Below, piece by piece: positions 43,001-54,199 of a stretch of 64,000 nt of DNA; position 1 is the first letter of the stretch, and each line of letters starts with the position of its first letter. Below the pieces are notes generated by a model. That model saw nothing but the letters and a program-made list of their open reading frames with translations. It was not told the DNA's origin and searched no databases. The DNA is from Cyanidioschyzon merolae (taxonomy: Eukaryota): the NCBI GenBank assembly GCA_000091205.1, contig AP006493.2. One strand, 5' to 3'. The position numbers were made by a program, and so were the translations under genes.

Positions 43001-46000
43001 GACCCCGCTTGATGCCGTATCCACGGCTATGCCAGGCGGCAGTGAGTAGGCGCTGCGTTCACCATCACCAGAGACGGCTCTTGCATCCGGCACATCGCCA
43101 AGTCGTACCGGACACGGAAGCGTTTTCCCGTCTAACTGCAGAAACGGTGAGTGCGGCAGATCTTTGCTTAGTCGGCAGATAAAGCCACAAAATGCCAACA
43201 GGTGTCGGCGGCTCTGTGCGTGCCCGCCTGGGGCGTCGTTCTCGCCAAGCGACCCAGCGTGCGCAGTGCGCCATTCGAGACAGTGATCGGTGAGAAGCGC
43301 GAACAGCACCGAGGCCCGTGGCGCCTCGTGCTCGCGCAGGTACGTCTCGAGAGCAGCCAACAAGGTTGTCAGGACCTCGTCGCCCAGATCAAGCAGTTCC
43401 CGCGCGAAACGCTCAAACACGGCTAAGCTCGTTGGGGCACTCAGCGCAACCGCCACTGTATGAACAAGCTCCTCTGTGAGTTCTGCATCCAAGCCATATT
43501 CGCTAGGCGTTGACGGGCGACTCTGTGCGGACTGACGCAGCTCCTTCCATGCGCCCAGCAACACCGGTTGCACCACTTCCGTCACAAACAGATCCGCATA
43601 GAGACCCTTCCAGACGGTAAATGTATCGCGGAAAAACCGCACTGCTCGCAGTCGGACCGCCTGCCTGGGCTCATCTCGTAGGTACACCGTCAGCACGTAC
43701 TGAAGTCGATCGACCCATGTCTCGAGGCCGAAGAAAGGTTGCGCGAGACGCTCGCGCAGCGCCAGCATTCGCAAACGCTCTGGTACTCTGGTAAGAGGGC
43801 CGACCCTCTCCAGGAACGAGAGAATCTCTGGGCCATCACCAAAAGACTGAGGCGAGGTTCGTTCAACATAATCGAGCACCGATTCAATAAAGCGATGTGC
43901 GACTTGCTCCCAAAACGCGGCCATATCCGCGATGGATCCGGCCTCCGGCGTCGACTGTGCGCGTACATCGGGCGCCGCATCCAGGCTTCTGACGGTCATC
44001 GCGCCGGTTTCGGCTGCGAGACTCGCGTTCGCAGAGGCTCGGTAGTCGTCGCTCTGAATTCTGTGAGCAAGTGTGCCCGTCGAATCATTGGAAGGAACGA
44101 AACGAGCGATTGTGGCACGAACGCTACTCGTCGGGATCGCTCTCGAGCCGGTGCCGCACAGCATTAGCTCGTTGCCGGCTCCGGTGGAGATTCCAGTACT
44201 CGAAACATCTCCGAATCTCTGCAGAAGAGCCCGGGTGGCCACTTCGACCAGGAGCGTAAGCGCTCCGTCGTCAAACTGCGAAACACAGTGGCTCACGCGT
44301 ACCAGACGATGAAGCGCTGCGACCAGCTCCATCGTAAAGAACGGAGATTTTTCTGCCCATTGAGCGGCACTCTCGCTAACTCGTATGATGAGCGCGCTGG
44401 CGAAAGCAAATCCATCAGCCTTTTCAAAGATGCTCCCCTGCGCGAGCGTCATCAGTAAACAATGCATTGCACCGAGCGCAGCCGCTTCGATAAGCATCTC
44501 GTCGGTTTCCGGGGAATTCGCCACAACACTCGGCCGTGTCCCGCACGAAGCCTCGATATTGGCATGCTGCCGCCCCAACGCCTCCGTCGCTGGAGCAGCA
44601 GTGCCACCACTGGCAAAGGAAAAAGGCTGGCGGTATGATTCTCCCGACAGTGATTCCGGCAAACTTGACAACGCTGGTAGACGCTCAGCCTCGCCAGAAG
44701 CCAGAAGAGTACTAGCTGGTACCGGAAACATTTCACCTGCTAATAGGCGGCTAGCACTCTCTAAAACGCGATAAACCCAAGGCGTCTCCAGAAGCTGCAA
44801 GAAAAGCGCAGTGGCAGCATGCGCGGCGCTCGGCGCACGCAACACGCAAAGACACGCACCCGTCGCTAATGCGTGCACCAGCACGGACACGGATTCCGCG
44901 TGCACGCATCGCCCGAATTCCCGCCAAATCACATGCTGCACGGTACCCGAAGCGCAGACGAGGATACAGAGCGCGCCTAGCACCTCGCAACACTGCGTAT
45001 AGAGACAAACCGAATGGATTCGTGCTCCCCGAGTTGTGAGCGCTCTCCAGCAGGCGCCAAACACATGTATCACCACAGGCCGGGTGAGCAGTGTCCAGTC
45101 AGCGGATGTTAGGGATTTCTTGGTGCGCCCATTGACGAGAGCAGTCCCCTTGACGGTCGTCCACAGGAGGGAAACGTAAGCGCGCCCCAAACATGTGAGA
45201 AGTGCATCAAACCCGCCGGCAAACGCAGCGTGCAGCTCTAGTACGGATACAAGCCACTGTCCCAGGCATTCCATGGCGCGTGCGTCCACCTCGCCGGGAG
45301 CATCCCGACGCGCCTCCCTACGGCGTTCTGTAGAGCAAATGCCGATCGAGTGGGCTAAGTGTACCACGGTACAGGCTGCATCAATATCAACAGAACATAA
45401 CCACGCCCAGTCGAGCATTTCGAGCAGATCCAGCATCTTGTCCAAATCTGCTCCGCGTAGCGCTCGCGCAGCCGCATCGGACCAAGTTTGCTGAATCCGG
45501 TTCGTGAGTAGATGCCCCATTGGCGACGAGTCGGCTCGTCTGCGCTGGGACTCTTCTGGGTATTTCGCTGTCGCCCCGTCGTCCGTGGTCCAGCGATCCC
45601 ACAGATACTCCAGTAGCTCCAGATCAGTCTGAAGAGCGCTCTCTACATCATCCGCATACTCTAGTTTCTGTTCATTGTGAGCTCGCGCAGTGCCACTCAG
45701 GTCCGCAATCAGTACACTCGCGAGCGCACAGAATTTTCTGTGGACCTCACAGGCATTCTTGTCGTCGCTGTCCCTGCGTGGTTCTCCTACTAACGCTGGG
45801 GGCAGGACATTTGTCGCATTCTTCGCAGTCAGTATCCTTGTCGCCCCGGAGTTGATGGATACGAGCCAAAGGGCCGGCGACAAGGTCGCCTGCGCGTGCA
45901 GGCAGGCGGTCAAAGATTCCAAGCGTATGCCAGGTTTCCCGTGCGACGCCTCCGCACTCGTCGAGCTGCCGGAGACAGGTGACACCCTCTCTGCGTCATC

Positions 46001-46576
46001 ATTTCGGTCACTACCGCTTTCGGTCTGTGCTACATGCCTCAGTAGGATCCACTGCTGCTTCATCGTTTCGAAGCTGCGAGCCCGAGTCGCACCGGAGAGC
46101 ACTACTGCCAAAGTGCCCAGTACCTGCACCAGGCTCTTGTCGCTTCGCAACGACTCTCGTGCGATTTGCTCTAGTTCTGGGGACGGTGACGCTGCTGGTA
46201 GATTTAACTGCGTTGAGGTGCCATGGTGCGGCGAACTTGTCAAAACAGGCGAAGATTCCGTGTCTAGAACGTGTACTTCGCGAGTCGCAAACGCACGTTG
46301 CTCCGAGCGACTCGCGTCGACACCAGCAGACCTGCTCGTGGTGGCGTCCACCGCGCTCTCAAGCTTGGAGTCGGTTTGCGTGCCGTTTCTCGGTTCAGCA
46401 TGGGAAAAAGGCGCTCTCGTCGCGGCGTTCATTGCAGAACCGTCCAGCTGGGATCCTGAAAATTCGGAAGAGCTTGGTTCGAGGCCCAGCGTTCTCTGGA
46501 AAGCCCGCCAAAGAGCGAGACTCGATCCAACGGAAGCGTGTTCCTTTCCATCCATAGCTTCAACATCTACAGCCAC
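40046..46576 (-). CDS. TSC2: Tuberin (TSC2) homolog: 2176-aa intronless protein with a C-terminal Rap-GAP domain
   Basis: The C-terminal region LDRMPPEDIHRIGLMYVGTGQQTESEILANVAGDSQYDDFCTNLGVFLRL...GGLDY...IFHTTTLMP...RKKRHVGNDHVKIFW...GAFNSVHFTIAPL...PWLRRLSYMQHQIERL matches the tuberin GAP domain ([21 protein letters not shown]...KKRHLGNDFVSIVY...GQFNFVHVIVTPL...KWIARLRHIKRLRQRI). Ends in TAG. Internal poly-Ser and an (ATGATG)n tract. Confidence 0.8.
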   Translation of the reverse strand: MAVDVEAMDGKEHASVGSSLALWRAFQRTLGLEPSSSEFSGSQLDGSAMNAATRAPFSHAEPRNGTQTDSKLESAVDATTSRSAGVDASRSEQRAFATREVHVLDTESSPVLTSSPHHGTSTQLNLPAASPSPELEQIARESLRSDKSLVQVLGTLAVVLSGATRARSFETMKQQWILLRHVAQTESGSDRNDDAERVSPVSGSSTSAEASHGKPGIRLESLTACLHAQATLSPALWLVSINSGATRILTAKNATNVLPPALVGEPRRDSDDKNACEVHRKFCALASVLIADLSGTARAHNEQKLEYADDVESALQTDLELLEYLWDRWTTDDGATAKYPEESQRRRADSSPMGHLLTNRIQQTWSDAAARALRGADLDKMLDLLEMLDWAWLCSVDIDAACTVVHLAHSIGICSTERRREARRDAPGEVDARAMECLGQWLVSVLELHAAFAGGFDALLTCLGRAYVSLLWTTVKGTALVNGRTKKSLTSADWTLLTRPVVIHVFGACWRALTTRGARIHSVCLYTQCCEVLGALCILVCASGTVQHVIWREFGRCVHAESVSVLVHALATGACLCVLRAPSAAHAATALFLQLLETPWVYRVLESASRLLAGEMFPVPASTLLASGEAERLPALSSLPESLSGESYRQPFSFASGGTAAPATEALGRQHANIEASCGTRPSVVANSPETDEMLIEAAALGAMHCLLMTLAQGSIFEKADGFAFASALIIRVSESAAQWAEKSPFFTMELVAALHRLVRVSHCVSQFDDGALTLLVEVATRALLQRFGDVSSTGISTGAGNELMLCGTGSRAIPTSSVRATIARFVPSNDSTGTLAHRIQSDDYRASANASLAAETGAMTVRSLDAAPDVRAQSTPEAGSIADMAAFWEQVAHRFIESVLDYVERTSPQSFGDGPEILSFLERVGPLTRVPERLRMLALRERLAQPFFGLETWVDRLQYVLTVYLRDEPRQAVRLRAVRFFRDTFTVWKGLYADLFVTEVVQPVLLGAWKELRQSAQSRPSTPSEYGLDAELTEELVHTVAVALSAPTSLAVFERFARELLDLGDEVLTTLLAALETYLREHEAPRASVLFALLTDHCLEWRTAHAGSLGENDAPGGHAQSRRHLLAFCGFICRLSKDLPHSPFLQLDGKTLPCPVRLGDVPDARAVSGDGERSAYSLPPGIAVDTASSGVWCRTERTRGASVSARTGEALERHADGSDAPAPATGESSAPADQPSVKPTIPAHTDVFGAGVLVPVAAWYHHLLGRLLHSTMDDAAYATAAPPAVDGTTEAFQPPELESIMACLVHLVTDPGFGPIALVPALQTYDLLGQWLERSRKLATDKSGSYLSLAARHLALEVLAAITLRELARSAPMSWAQHIEHLLDMVIAELYWLVAEAERLPLYPPMLDFTLRLLVQGWCMAKDREPTVALQSITAAYLVALQVFAGRLVAVSGERPRTCVEHARHLADCVNEAAAILESLHGVALCFRELVPSAQATAPETGSFVCSDVAMQAALSPRVRYADGVQSAGADPESGSGPADVGLLAAFETASIGVDGGVVAGLATRRNATYAHIAFSIVITLVPLFAPTGASLQGASPAVAQSQGAQLRRLAMSAWCNWASLVHDVTVLRPYLEALEERCRKHGCTLFAAVAAEFTYCFGGVRLVDRGPSTLLDKALQQAPLVASWALAGTDALPVVINAYRNGYELTLAIRRVTGSSRMQLRLHEPPWTWYPERRYATESSSARAATFAEAPRRVQVEGTAAASTDRSSVRLPFAAEQPAPSSSSSLSSSVVVGGGGVAVVDNAIPTEKSPNGPELVDSAVEKKLDAHLRGVLAQFMHRQPLEAWRRLVLDRQVWQVLDRMPPEDIHRIGLMYVGTGQQTESEILANVAGDSQYDDFCTNLGVFLRLTDHWMFGYTGGLDYSERQADGAFALYYRDAATQLIFHTTTLMPAELGTEGARLATDPGNSVPEPAGTPTNPAVRFAAATRGSSSERKSLIRKKRHVGNDHVKIFWCARRTEARIAATPDVLPGAFNSVHFTIAPLSTRDGNTNEAADGTESSLFLAEAHWHRSGMPRSGPWRVPGPCMVCGTGAAAFLLRLAAIHADTLCGCRAIAGYRSSMATSSVSSAPAHGSTIPLASAAGLAIGSEEEPWLRRLSYMQHQIERLSGESLPPGTG

Positions 46577-46725
46577 CGCTTTATTCGACTTGTCAACAAC
46601 TCTTAGTCTCGTCGAAATTTCATTTCGCCTGCATACACTCTGCGAGGAGACACCAAAGTCTTCAAAAGCGCAGTCTTTCCGGAAAGCGCTGCAGGTACTC
46701 GATGAAGCGGCCGCAGGCGTGCCTT

Positions 46726-46750
46726 TGTAAACGAAGCAGCAGCAGCAGCA
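46726..46750. repeat. (CAG)n microsatellite
   Basis: gcagcagcagcagcagcagcagc just upstream of the TSC2-like gene start. A similar (CAG)8 lies at about 15921-15945. Confidence 0.85.
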
Positions 46751-49221
46751 GCAGCAGCGCCGACTGTGCCAATTCGTGATCTTGGCGCAGATACACTACA
46801 GCCGCTTTTCGGGGAAGCGCGTGCACGGAACGAAAAGTCCTCGGAAGGAATGAGCGCTACGGACCCGCGGGCCGGCATCTGGAAAGCCAGTGGCAGGGAT
46901 CAGGTGCAGGCTGATTGGTCAGGCGTGGGTCCAAGGTGCACCGGGTAACTAGCACTGCCTGTTTTGGTCCTTGAGCGCTACCCAGTTCGTTTGAGAGCGC
47001 TCGCTGCACCCGGAGTCGCAGTACCCTCTCGAAAGTTTTTTCAGATTTATAGGTGAAAGATTAACGAAATCGATCAACCAAGGAAAATTACATCGCACTT
47101 TGGCACGAAAGAGTTGACAAGCAATTGAGAACCGCCGGCGGGAGGCTTTCCTAGCTGCTTTCTCAGGCAGCCTTGCGACGCGCGCGGAACTGCTGTGGCG
47201 GGAATTAGTTCTTCATAGAGGGTGTGACGACGACGAACACGCGAGATGCGGCGTCCTGGAATCGCGGATTCCCCGACGACCGATGTGTTCATCGTCGAGC
47301 GGGCTCCGCCCCAGTGGTATCCTGTGACGGAGCCATCCTGTCTCCGTCTGGCGTCTGCGCGAGTCTCAACATACATTCACACACACACACACAGACGGAC
47401 AGAATCGCAGGATCAACCGCGCTGTCATATCGTACCTGTTCTCTGTGTTCAGTCTGGTGACCATATCCCCATGTCAGACAGACATGGAACGGGTCCACTT
47501 GGCTCACTCGGGTATACATGGTTCATTTCCGGTGCCTCCAGGGTATCATCAAGGCCAGCCTGTACTTGCTTCTTCGCGAACGACTTCCTCATCCTCGCTC
47601 TTAACTCCGGCTTTGAATACGCCTGTCTCGACTTTACCTTCAGCCCCGTCGTCAGCAGTAGAAGGATGTTGATGGCAGCGGTATTGTGCCAAGTGCGCAG
47701 CTGCCAGCAGTTGCTGGCGCATTTCGCGCTCAGCAAATAGCTGCGATCTCCGGTTCACTTGCCACGTTCATCTCCTTTGGATGCAGCCTCGGTGCGCCAT
47801 TCGCAGTGGTGACACTTGCGTGTGGTCAGGACCTTCTATACGCCCGTTAAACCTCCTGCGCTTCCTCTGAGCGCCGCCCTTTGGCACGTGAACGCCTGCT
47901 TCGGCGCTCGGTACACGCCCTTGACTGCTACAGAGGATTTCCCTCAATGCCCTCTTGCGTTTGCGAGCCTGGTTCCGTACGCTTCCGTCCGAGGCGTCTC
48001 CTGGTCGATCCGCTCAGCGAGGACTCTCTCCGGTGCACGTGCCAGCGTATGCGCTTCCATTCGATAGGGGGGTTTTGGAACGCGATTTTGACCATGACGA
48101 AACAAGTTCCAGAGGGAAAATTCAGGCCGGAGAACAAGTCGAGAAAAACCGATCTGTCTACGACTCCTTCTCGCAAAGCGGTGACGCATTCTCTTTTGCA
48201 GGCAATCGCTGCGATAGCACAAGTCCGAGTCAACCACCTTTTCCATTTAAAAAGAGAATACGCGAGCCTCTGGGGGCATATCTTTGGCCGGCATTAAGCT
48301 GCTACTGACGAATGCCGTTTCTTCGACGGCCGCAAACAGAAGAAATTTTCTCTCTCGAACGGAATCGATGATTTGGCGTGACAAGTTCAGTGAATATCGG
48401 CATGAACTTGTGAACAAATCTTCAAGGAAGGATGTCGAGTCTGCTCTTCACCGTCAATCCAGCGTTGCGGATTTGTGCGCCAGCTAGTTGCCTTTAAACA
48501 GAAAACTTGAAGACTGCGTAATTCGAGCATGCGAAGCGGTGACCATTTGCATCTTATATCCATACACTGGACGATGGCATCGGTACTTTGACAAACCCCG
48601 AATGGATGGCGCTATGGATCATCCTTAATCTGTTGACGTTTCGAGTTCCAGCGAGACAACCTCAAACGAGCGACTCCAAGACGACGAACGAAACCAGTAG
48701 AATGAACAGATGAATCCGTGAGCCCTTCGTGCTGCACGTCGAATCTCGAGCGTATACATCCAAAAGCATACTCGGGAAAATCTCCAGGCGGGAACAGAGC
48801 CAGCAGTTCAGTGATCCATTTGAATCTGACAAGGATGTAGCAGCCTCTGGAGAGGCGTCGACATTGAAGCTCCGCTGAACGCCAGCAGTCGCGCACCCCG
48901 ATAGACCTCATCCGAATCGTCAATCCAACACCGTACACAACACAAGATACAGCGAGCTCCACTGGAGGCCGCTCCGAACCAAACAACCCCAAAGCGCATC
49001 CAAACGCTGAAATGTGCCCGCAAGGGTCATCTCGGGCACTTATCATGCCTCTTGAGCCGAGCGCGGGTACGCAGGCGGCATACTGTCGTGTCCGCGTGGC
49101 GTCCGGTGAGTCGCCCGTGCACCACCGCTGCAGAGGCATTCCCATCAGTTGACAAATGCGCACACGTACACAACATGTCGTGCATCCCAGCATCGCTCAC
49201 GAGCGCAAGAAGGCTCCGCGG

Positions 49222-51681
49222 CTACCTCCTGAACGCGGAGCGATCGGTCTGAATGGAGCGCGAACGACGACGTTCCAGCGCCTGCAGATGTAACGTCGGA
49301 CGCAATAAGGACGACTGCGTGATATCCATCATATTTCGATCGAAGCGGAACCGCGCTGCCTCGTCGCTGCTCTGCGGAATCGATCGAATCCTCCCACCGT
49401 ACATGGTCGCGATGATCACGAGTTTCGAAAATACGGAAAACTTCCCCGACAAGCTATAGTCTGCGTTATTGACCCCTATAGAGTAGCCAACGTTGCCGTA
49501 GGCGCTAGCGATTTCAAAAAGAATGTCGAAAACCGTGACTGTGCCGAGCGTTTGAACCTCGCGTATTGAGTTGCGAAGCAAGTAATTCTCTGCAATGCAG
49601 ACGACAAAAAGCGCTAGGAAAAGCCAAGCAATGTCGAAGACAAGCAAATTCTCGAAGGTTTTCCCCAGTTCACGGAGCACGGGAGCGGCCCCAGCGGCCG
49701 CATTCGCTGCTGCAGACTTGGAACTCAGCGAAGCGTACGCCGCATCGTTGAGTTGAGCAGGTTCGACACGCTTCCTCTGCGAGGCTGTCGAAGGCATAGA
49801 GGTGCGCAGCGTCAACACATACGGAACCGGCGACAAATACATCAGAACTGCATACAGAACGAGCAGCGCAGGCGAAATCGCGCGAAAGCTGACGACTTGA
49901 AAGCCAGCGTTTCTGGTGCAAACGCTCTGGAAGGCTCCAAGATAAACCAAACTCCCTGCCGAGTAGGAGGCTAGGAGCTCGGTTCGATCCAGATTCAGCG
50001 CTAAAAATGCAATGAATTGAACAAGTAACAGAATCACGAGGATGATACCGAGCACAAATGTTTGGGCGCCATTAAAGAGAAAAATGGAAAACTTACGACC
50101 GTGAAGCAGCAAGTACTCCCAGGGCGCCTTGTCGCGTGCCAGACGACGCCCGAGCAAGACCAGCAGGTAGAGCGCTACGGGTAGGCCAGTGTTGCCTATG
50201 ATGATCAGCACACCCAACAAGAACAATGCTCCTGGCTGGTTGGCAAGTGGCGCTAAGCTCGCGTTAAGCAGCGTGAGACCACAGTTATGCAGCGCTGAAA
50301 CACTTGTGAACACTGAAAACCAACCCGTTGTGGCGCCGCTCTGGGCAATCGCTGGAGAGGGACCCGGCGGGGTCACCACAGCTGCAAAGACCAGCGGTAA
50401 GAAAATCGCTAGTAAGCCGACGTAGAAGATGGCGTTCAACAGAATGAGTTTGCCCATGGCTTCAAACTCCAAAACCGCGTTGCGCGCAAATTCGTTCCCT
50501 TCTAGGCATATGCTTCGCCGCTGGTAGACAACACTTCTCCCTGCCAATTCTCGAGACATCGAGCGTCCGATTGAGTTGGCGCGAGCTTCTCGCTCTAAGG
50601 AGTGAATCGTTGACTCTCGTGCGAGAAACCTGCTGCCATCACGAAAACGGTTTGTGACCATGTCCGGCGAAGCGGCTCCATTGCCCGAATGTTTTGCACC
50701 ATACACGTTCACCTGACCTGAGGATAACGAACGTTCGGGATCGCCATACGTGTTCGCCTTCTGTACGGGCTTTGGCGGCTCCGGCACATGCAGCTGTGAG
50801 AGGCTGGCGTAAATACTTACCGGTCGATCATGAATGCTCTCATCCAAGCCATAGATGCTCTCTTCATCGTCTGCACCGAGATCGTCCTCGCCTTGTGCAG
50901 CGTGGCGCGACAGCTCCGACCGAAGATGGCGCTCTCGGCGGATGAGCGCACCATACCAGTGCCAGTAGAGCCGCCGCTTGATGAGTGGCGGCAGAAAAAC
51001 GGTGAAAATTTGGCTCCCGATGATGATCATGATGAATAGCAGTGCAAGAAACCCATTATTCATGGCCGACATATTCACGGAATTGAGACCCGTTTCCGTG
51101 AAGGCTGAGACGACCATGTAGTACGTGTCGATGAAGGCGATTTGCCCATGGAGAATAGCTGCTCCAACACCTGCCGCGATAATTGGAATCAACACCACGT
51201 AGGCAACAAAGATGTAGCGGTAATTGAGATTATGGAGAAGCCATCTCATAAAACGCCGATACCATGGAATAACCACGGTCCGCGAGTAGGGCCTTCCCGA
51301 GGATTGCACGGTTTCCGCAGGTCCGCTCTGGTACGTCGCTTCATAGCCTATAGACTCCCGGTCAGGCTGGTCTGGGTACCAGTCGTACGCAACGCCTTCT
51401 GTGCGACTTAAGCGCGCGCGTGCTCTGAGCGACGGCGACGCAGCGTCGAGCCGGTACCCGCCCTGCGGGTCTTCAAAGAGGCCCTCGTAGCTGCCACCGC
51501 CAGGACCTGGTGTAGCGGCTACAGGAATAGTATACACTGCCAGTTCAGTGTCGTCAGAGCTTCTCCCGGGCTGCGCGATAGTGTGCGACGCTAGAGAGCC
51601 GTTTCCCAGCCTTGGTGACGTCGACACATCCGCCTCCGCTTCAGTACTTAAGGAACCAGGGAAGTCCTCTGTAGGGGCCAT
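49222..51681 (-). CDS. Trk/HKT-type high-affinity K+ (cation) transporter
   Basis: 819-aa ORF with the four-MPM-repeat topology. SAFTETGLNSVNMS. HNCGLTLLNASL. GAFQSVCTRNAGFQVV. YGNVGYSIG pore-loop signatures. FLLGVLIIIGNTGLPVALYLL. Ends in TAG. Confidence 0.85.
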   Translation of the reverse strand: MAPTEDFPGSLSTEAEADVSTSPRLGNGSLASHTIAQPGRSSDDTELAVYTIPVAATPGPGGGSYEGLFEDPQGGYRLDAASPSLRARARLSRTEGVAYDWYPDQPDRESIGYEATYQSGPAETVQSSGRPYSRTVVIPWYRRFMRWLLHNLNYRYIFVAYVVLIPIIAAGVGAAILHGQIAFIDTYYMVVSAFTETGLNSVNMSAMNNGFLALLFIMIIIGSQIFTVFLPPLIKRRLYWHWYGALIRRERHLRSELSRHAAQGEDDLGADDEESIYGLDESIHDRPVSIYASLSQLHVPEPPKPVQKANTYGDPERSLSSGQVNVYGAKHSGNGAASPDMVTNRFRDGSRFLARESTIHSLEREARANSIGRSMSRELAGRSVVYQRRSICLEGNEFARNAVLEFEAMGKLILLNAIFYVGLLAIFLPLVFAAVVTPPGPSPAIAQSGATTGWFSVFTSVSALHNCGLTLLNASLAPLANQPGALFLLGVLIIIGNTGLPVALYLLVLLGRRLARDKAPWEYLLLHGRKFSIFLFNGAQTFVLGIILVILLLVQFIAFLALNLDRTELLASYSAGSLVYLGAFQSVCTRNAGFQVVSFRAISPALLVLYAVLMYLSPVPYVLTLRTSMPSTASQRKRVEPAQLNDAAYASLSSKSAAANAAAGAAPVLRELGKTFENLLVFDIAWLFLALFVVCIAENYLLRNSIREVQTLGTVTVFDILFEIASAYGNVGYSIGVNNADYSLSGKFSVFSKLVIIATMYGGRIRSIPQSSDEAARFRFDRNMMDITQSSLLRPTLHLQALERRRSRSIQTDRSAFRR

Positions 51682-53419
51682 GCAGCGCAGTGGCTACAAA
51701 AGCAACGGCCCCTTCGGCCCAAACTTAAGGTTTGTTACACTGTTACTGGAAAAGGAAAGGCCAAACACCGTCCAGGGTATGCGTAACTAGTTTCCAGAGC
51801 TTCACTGGTGTCGTGGAAACGACGCAACTGACTGAGACTTGCCTAACCGCACGAATAGCCGCACATGATCGTCGTGCAATCGAAGCCGCGTGCTTCAAGA
51901 GTACCAGTTAGAACTTAAAGATACCTATTTGTTCCAAAAATATCTATTTTTGTCAGATCTGTTCAGAAATCGTCGGATGACGTTGGTTCAATAAGCGCAA
52001 GCCTACAAGCACTGAGCATCTGCTGGCGTGTACCCTCGATCCACTCAAGCGCTGAACTTGTGAGGGATGTGCCTATCCTGGACTCTCGCCGTAGCGCTGG
52101 ACTATTAGGCCACCGCTGCAAGCGCCATACAAAGAGGGAATGGCACCACGGTACCTTTATTGCCGTTTACACGAAACTCGCTCGTGACTTCTTGGACCAG
52201 CGGCGGTCGAAAACCTCAGAATCGGACTCCTTGGATCGCGAACTCACCGTCGTTCAGGAGTTGCGTTCTGAACCTATCTCGTAGGCGCAATTTAATTGCT
52301 GCGCATTTGCGGAGAGTTTCGTCTTGCATTGTATACAGTCAAGTTGCACGATAGACTGCGCTCTCTGTGTGTTTTGAAGCACAGATCCCGCCGCAAGTCT
52401 CGCGAGATTATGTTGAAGAGATGCGTGCTTAGAGAACACTGTTACGGGAAAGCGCACGTCACCTGAGTATCTTTGAACATTTTCCAGTGAATTGCGAGAT
52501 TGCTTCCACTGAATACGGAGAATGCGATTTCCAGTGCAGCAGCAGAACATCGAACAATCGAGTCTGTCGGGTCCAAGATGCGCGCTTTTTACAGCACGCG
52601 CGCCATTCTCTGGTTCAATATTCGTTCTCGAACAATAGTTGCAACAGCGTTGAGTTAGTCTACTGGTTCACTATATCCGCGTTGTACTAAAACGTAACAC
52701 TAGAGTGCAGGCCCTGTTCCTGGGTGTCTATTTTTTCGCAATTTTTTCAAATGTCCAGCCTCGACATTCGAAGTTCAACAGTAAGCGCTTCCGGGATCAT
52801 TGGTTCGTTTTGCGGTTTTCAGAGGTCTTTCTCGGAGGGGGTCATTCGAGGTTGTGGCGCTGGAATTCGATACGTTACCCGAATGAAGATGCTTCACAAC
52901 GATTTGCAAGAGAGATGTGTTACACTGCAGATATCATGAATTAATCTGCCCGTGCATGTACCCGTTCTTCTCCTTTCCTTACGTGTAGCATGCTCAAATT
53001 CAATATGCTTCAAATTTTGGATCTTTGTGGTTCAAGCTAGCTCATGGGTGCAGCCATTCGAGCCGCTGCGTTGACGAGCAAAAATACGCGACGTTGTCCA
53101 TTGTCGACTAGTTCATGAGCTCATGCTGGGCGTTCACTGGCTCCATCACGTCAAGCTATCGATTCCTTTCGAAAGATGAAATCATCCTCTCTGTATATCC
53201 ATCGACGAAACATTATTCGACAGCAGCGTGACACCGCTTCCGGGATATGCCCCCAAGGGCTCCCGTCCGTTCTGTATCCATGGAAAAAGGGGTTAGTCTC
53301 GGACATCAGTCATCGCGGCGATTTTCTCAAATGGAGAGTGTCTCACCACTTTATACGAAACGAGCGTGGATGGATTGGAATTCCTCGACTTGGTCTCTAG
53401 CCTGGATTTTCCTTCAGGT

Positions 53420-53960
53420 ACTTGATTCCTGATGAACAATATCAGGTTCAACTAGTCCTGGATCGAATGGGACAGCGTTCGTTAGCATTTGCAGAACAAG
53501 CAGTTTTCGCGGAGGGGACCGCCAAGGACAAGTCAGTGTTCGTAAGCTATAGCACCGGGTCCGGAAATGGAGGAGGGTATCGAGTTGAGCCCTCTGTATC
53601 CGTCAAGGGCCTGTACCGAGCGAAGATGCGAGGCAACGCGCGGAATAAAGCGGATCGGGATGGAGGAGATATAACGGACATACACAGGAACTCTTGAGCA
53701 TGACCAAGTTTCACCGCAGCTAGGTGCGCATCGAATCTATATAGAATGCAGACGGAAACGGCAAGCAGAGCGTAGATCGCGTCTTCCGCGTGTGCATGAA
53801 AAGAGATGGCAAAAGCCGTTCGATGCGAAAACGGCAGATGAACACTGCCAGCAACATCAGCCGACTGCTGATAAAGAACCTGGCGAGACAAGCGCGACCG
53901 GTGTATTTAAAGCCAGGTACAAGAGACAGAAAAAGGAATCATTCAAGGAAAAAGTCTGCA
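53420..53960 (+). repeat. ~0.5 kb dispersed repeat, copy A (pair with 61000-61500); contains a short conserved ORF
   Basis: Blocks such as GGGTATCGAG..GAGCC.TCTGTA.CGGTCA...CCGAGC..AGATGC, ggcaagcagagcgtagatcgcgtcttccgcgtgtgcatgaa and gccagcaacatcagccgactgctgata recur in the same order and orientation at 61100-61480, at about 75% identity. Confidence 0.55.
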
Positions 53961-54199
53961 AACCCGGCGTTGATGACAATGGGAACAGATCCAACCTTTA
54001 TAAAGTATGCCCCTGTTCGTGAACCTGTTTCGATTTATTCTTCTATGGGTGCCTGTCGGGTGCTGCAGTGAATGACGCGCGCACATGCCTGTCTCGCGGT
54101 GTCTCGGTTCCTAGAGCGCACTTGCCCGCAAGTACTGGCATGCTCGTATGCATTCCACATGCGATGCGCTGAGCCTCAGAACAGAGCACCTCGATGCAG

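Noticed and set aside
51700-52060. tRNA or other small RNA genes in intergenic regions
   Set aside because: I scanned for T-loop (GTTCGAATC-like) and D-loop signatures by eye. The only GGTTCGAGG match lies inside the TSC2 coding region. No cloverleaf could be assembled with confidence.
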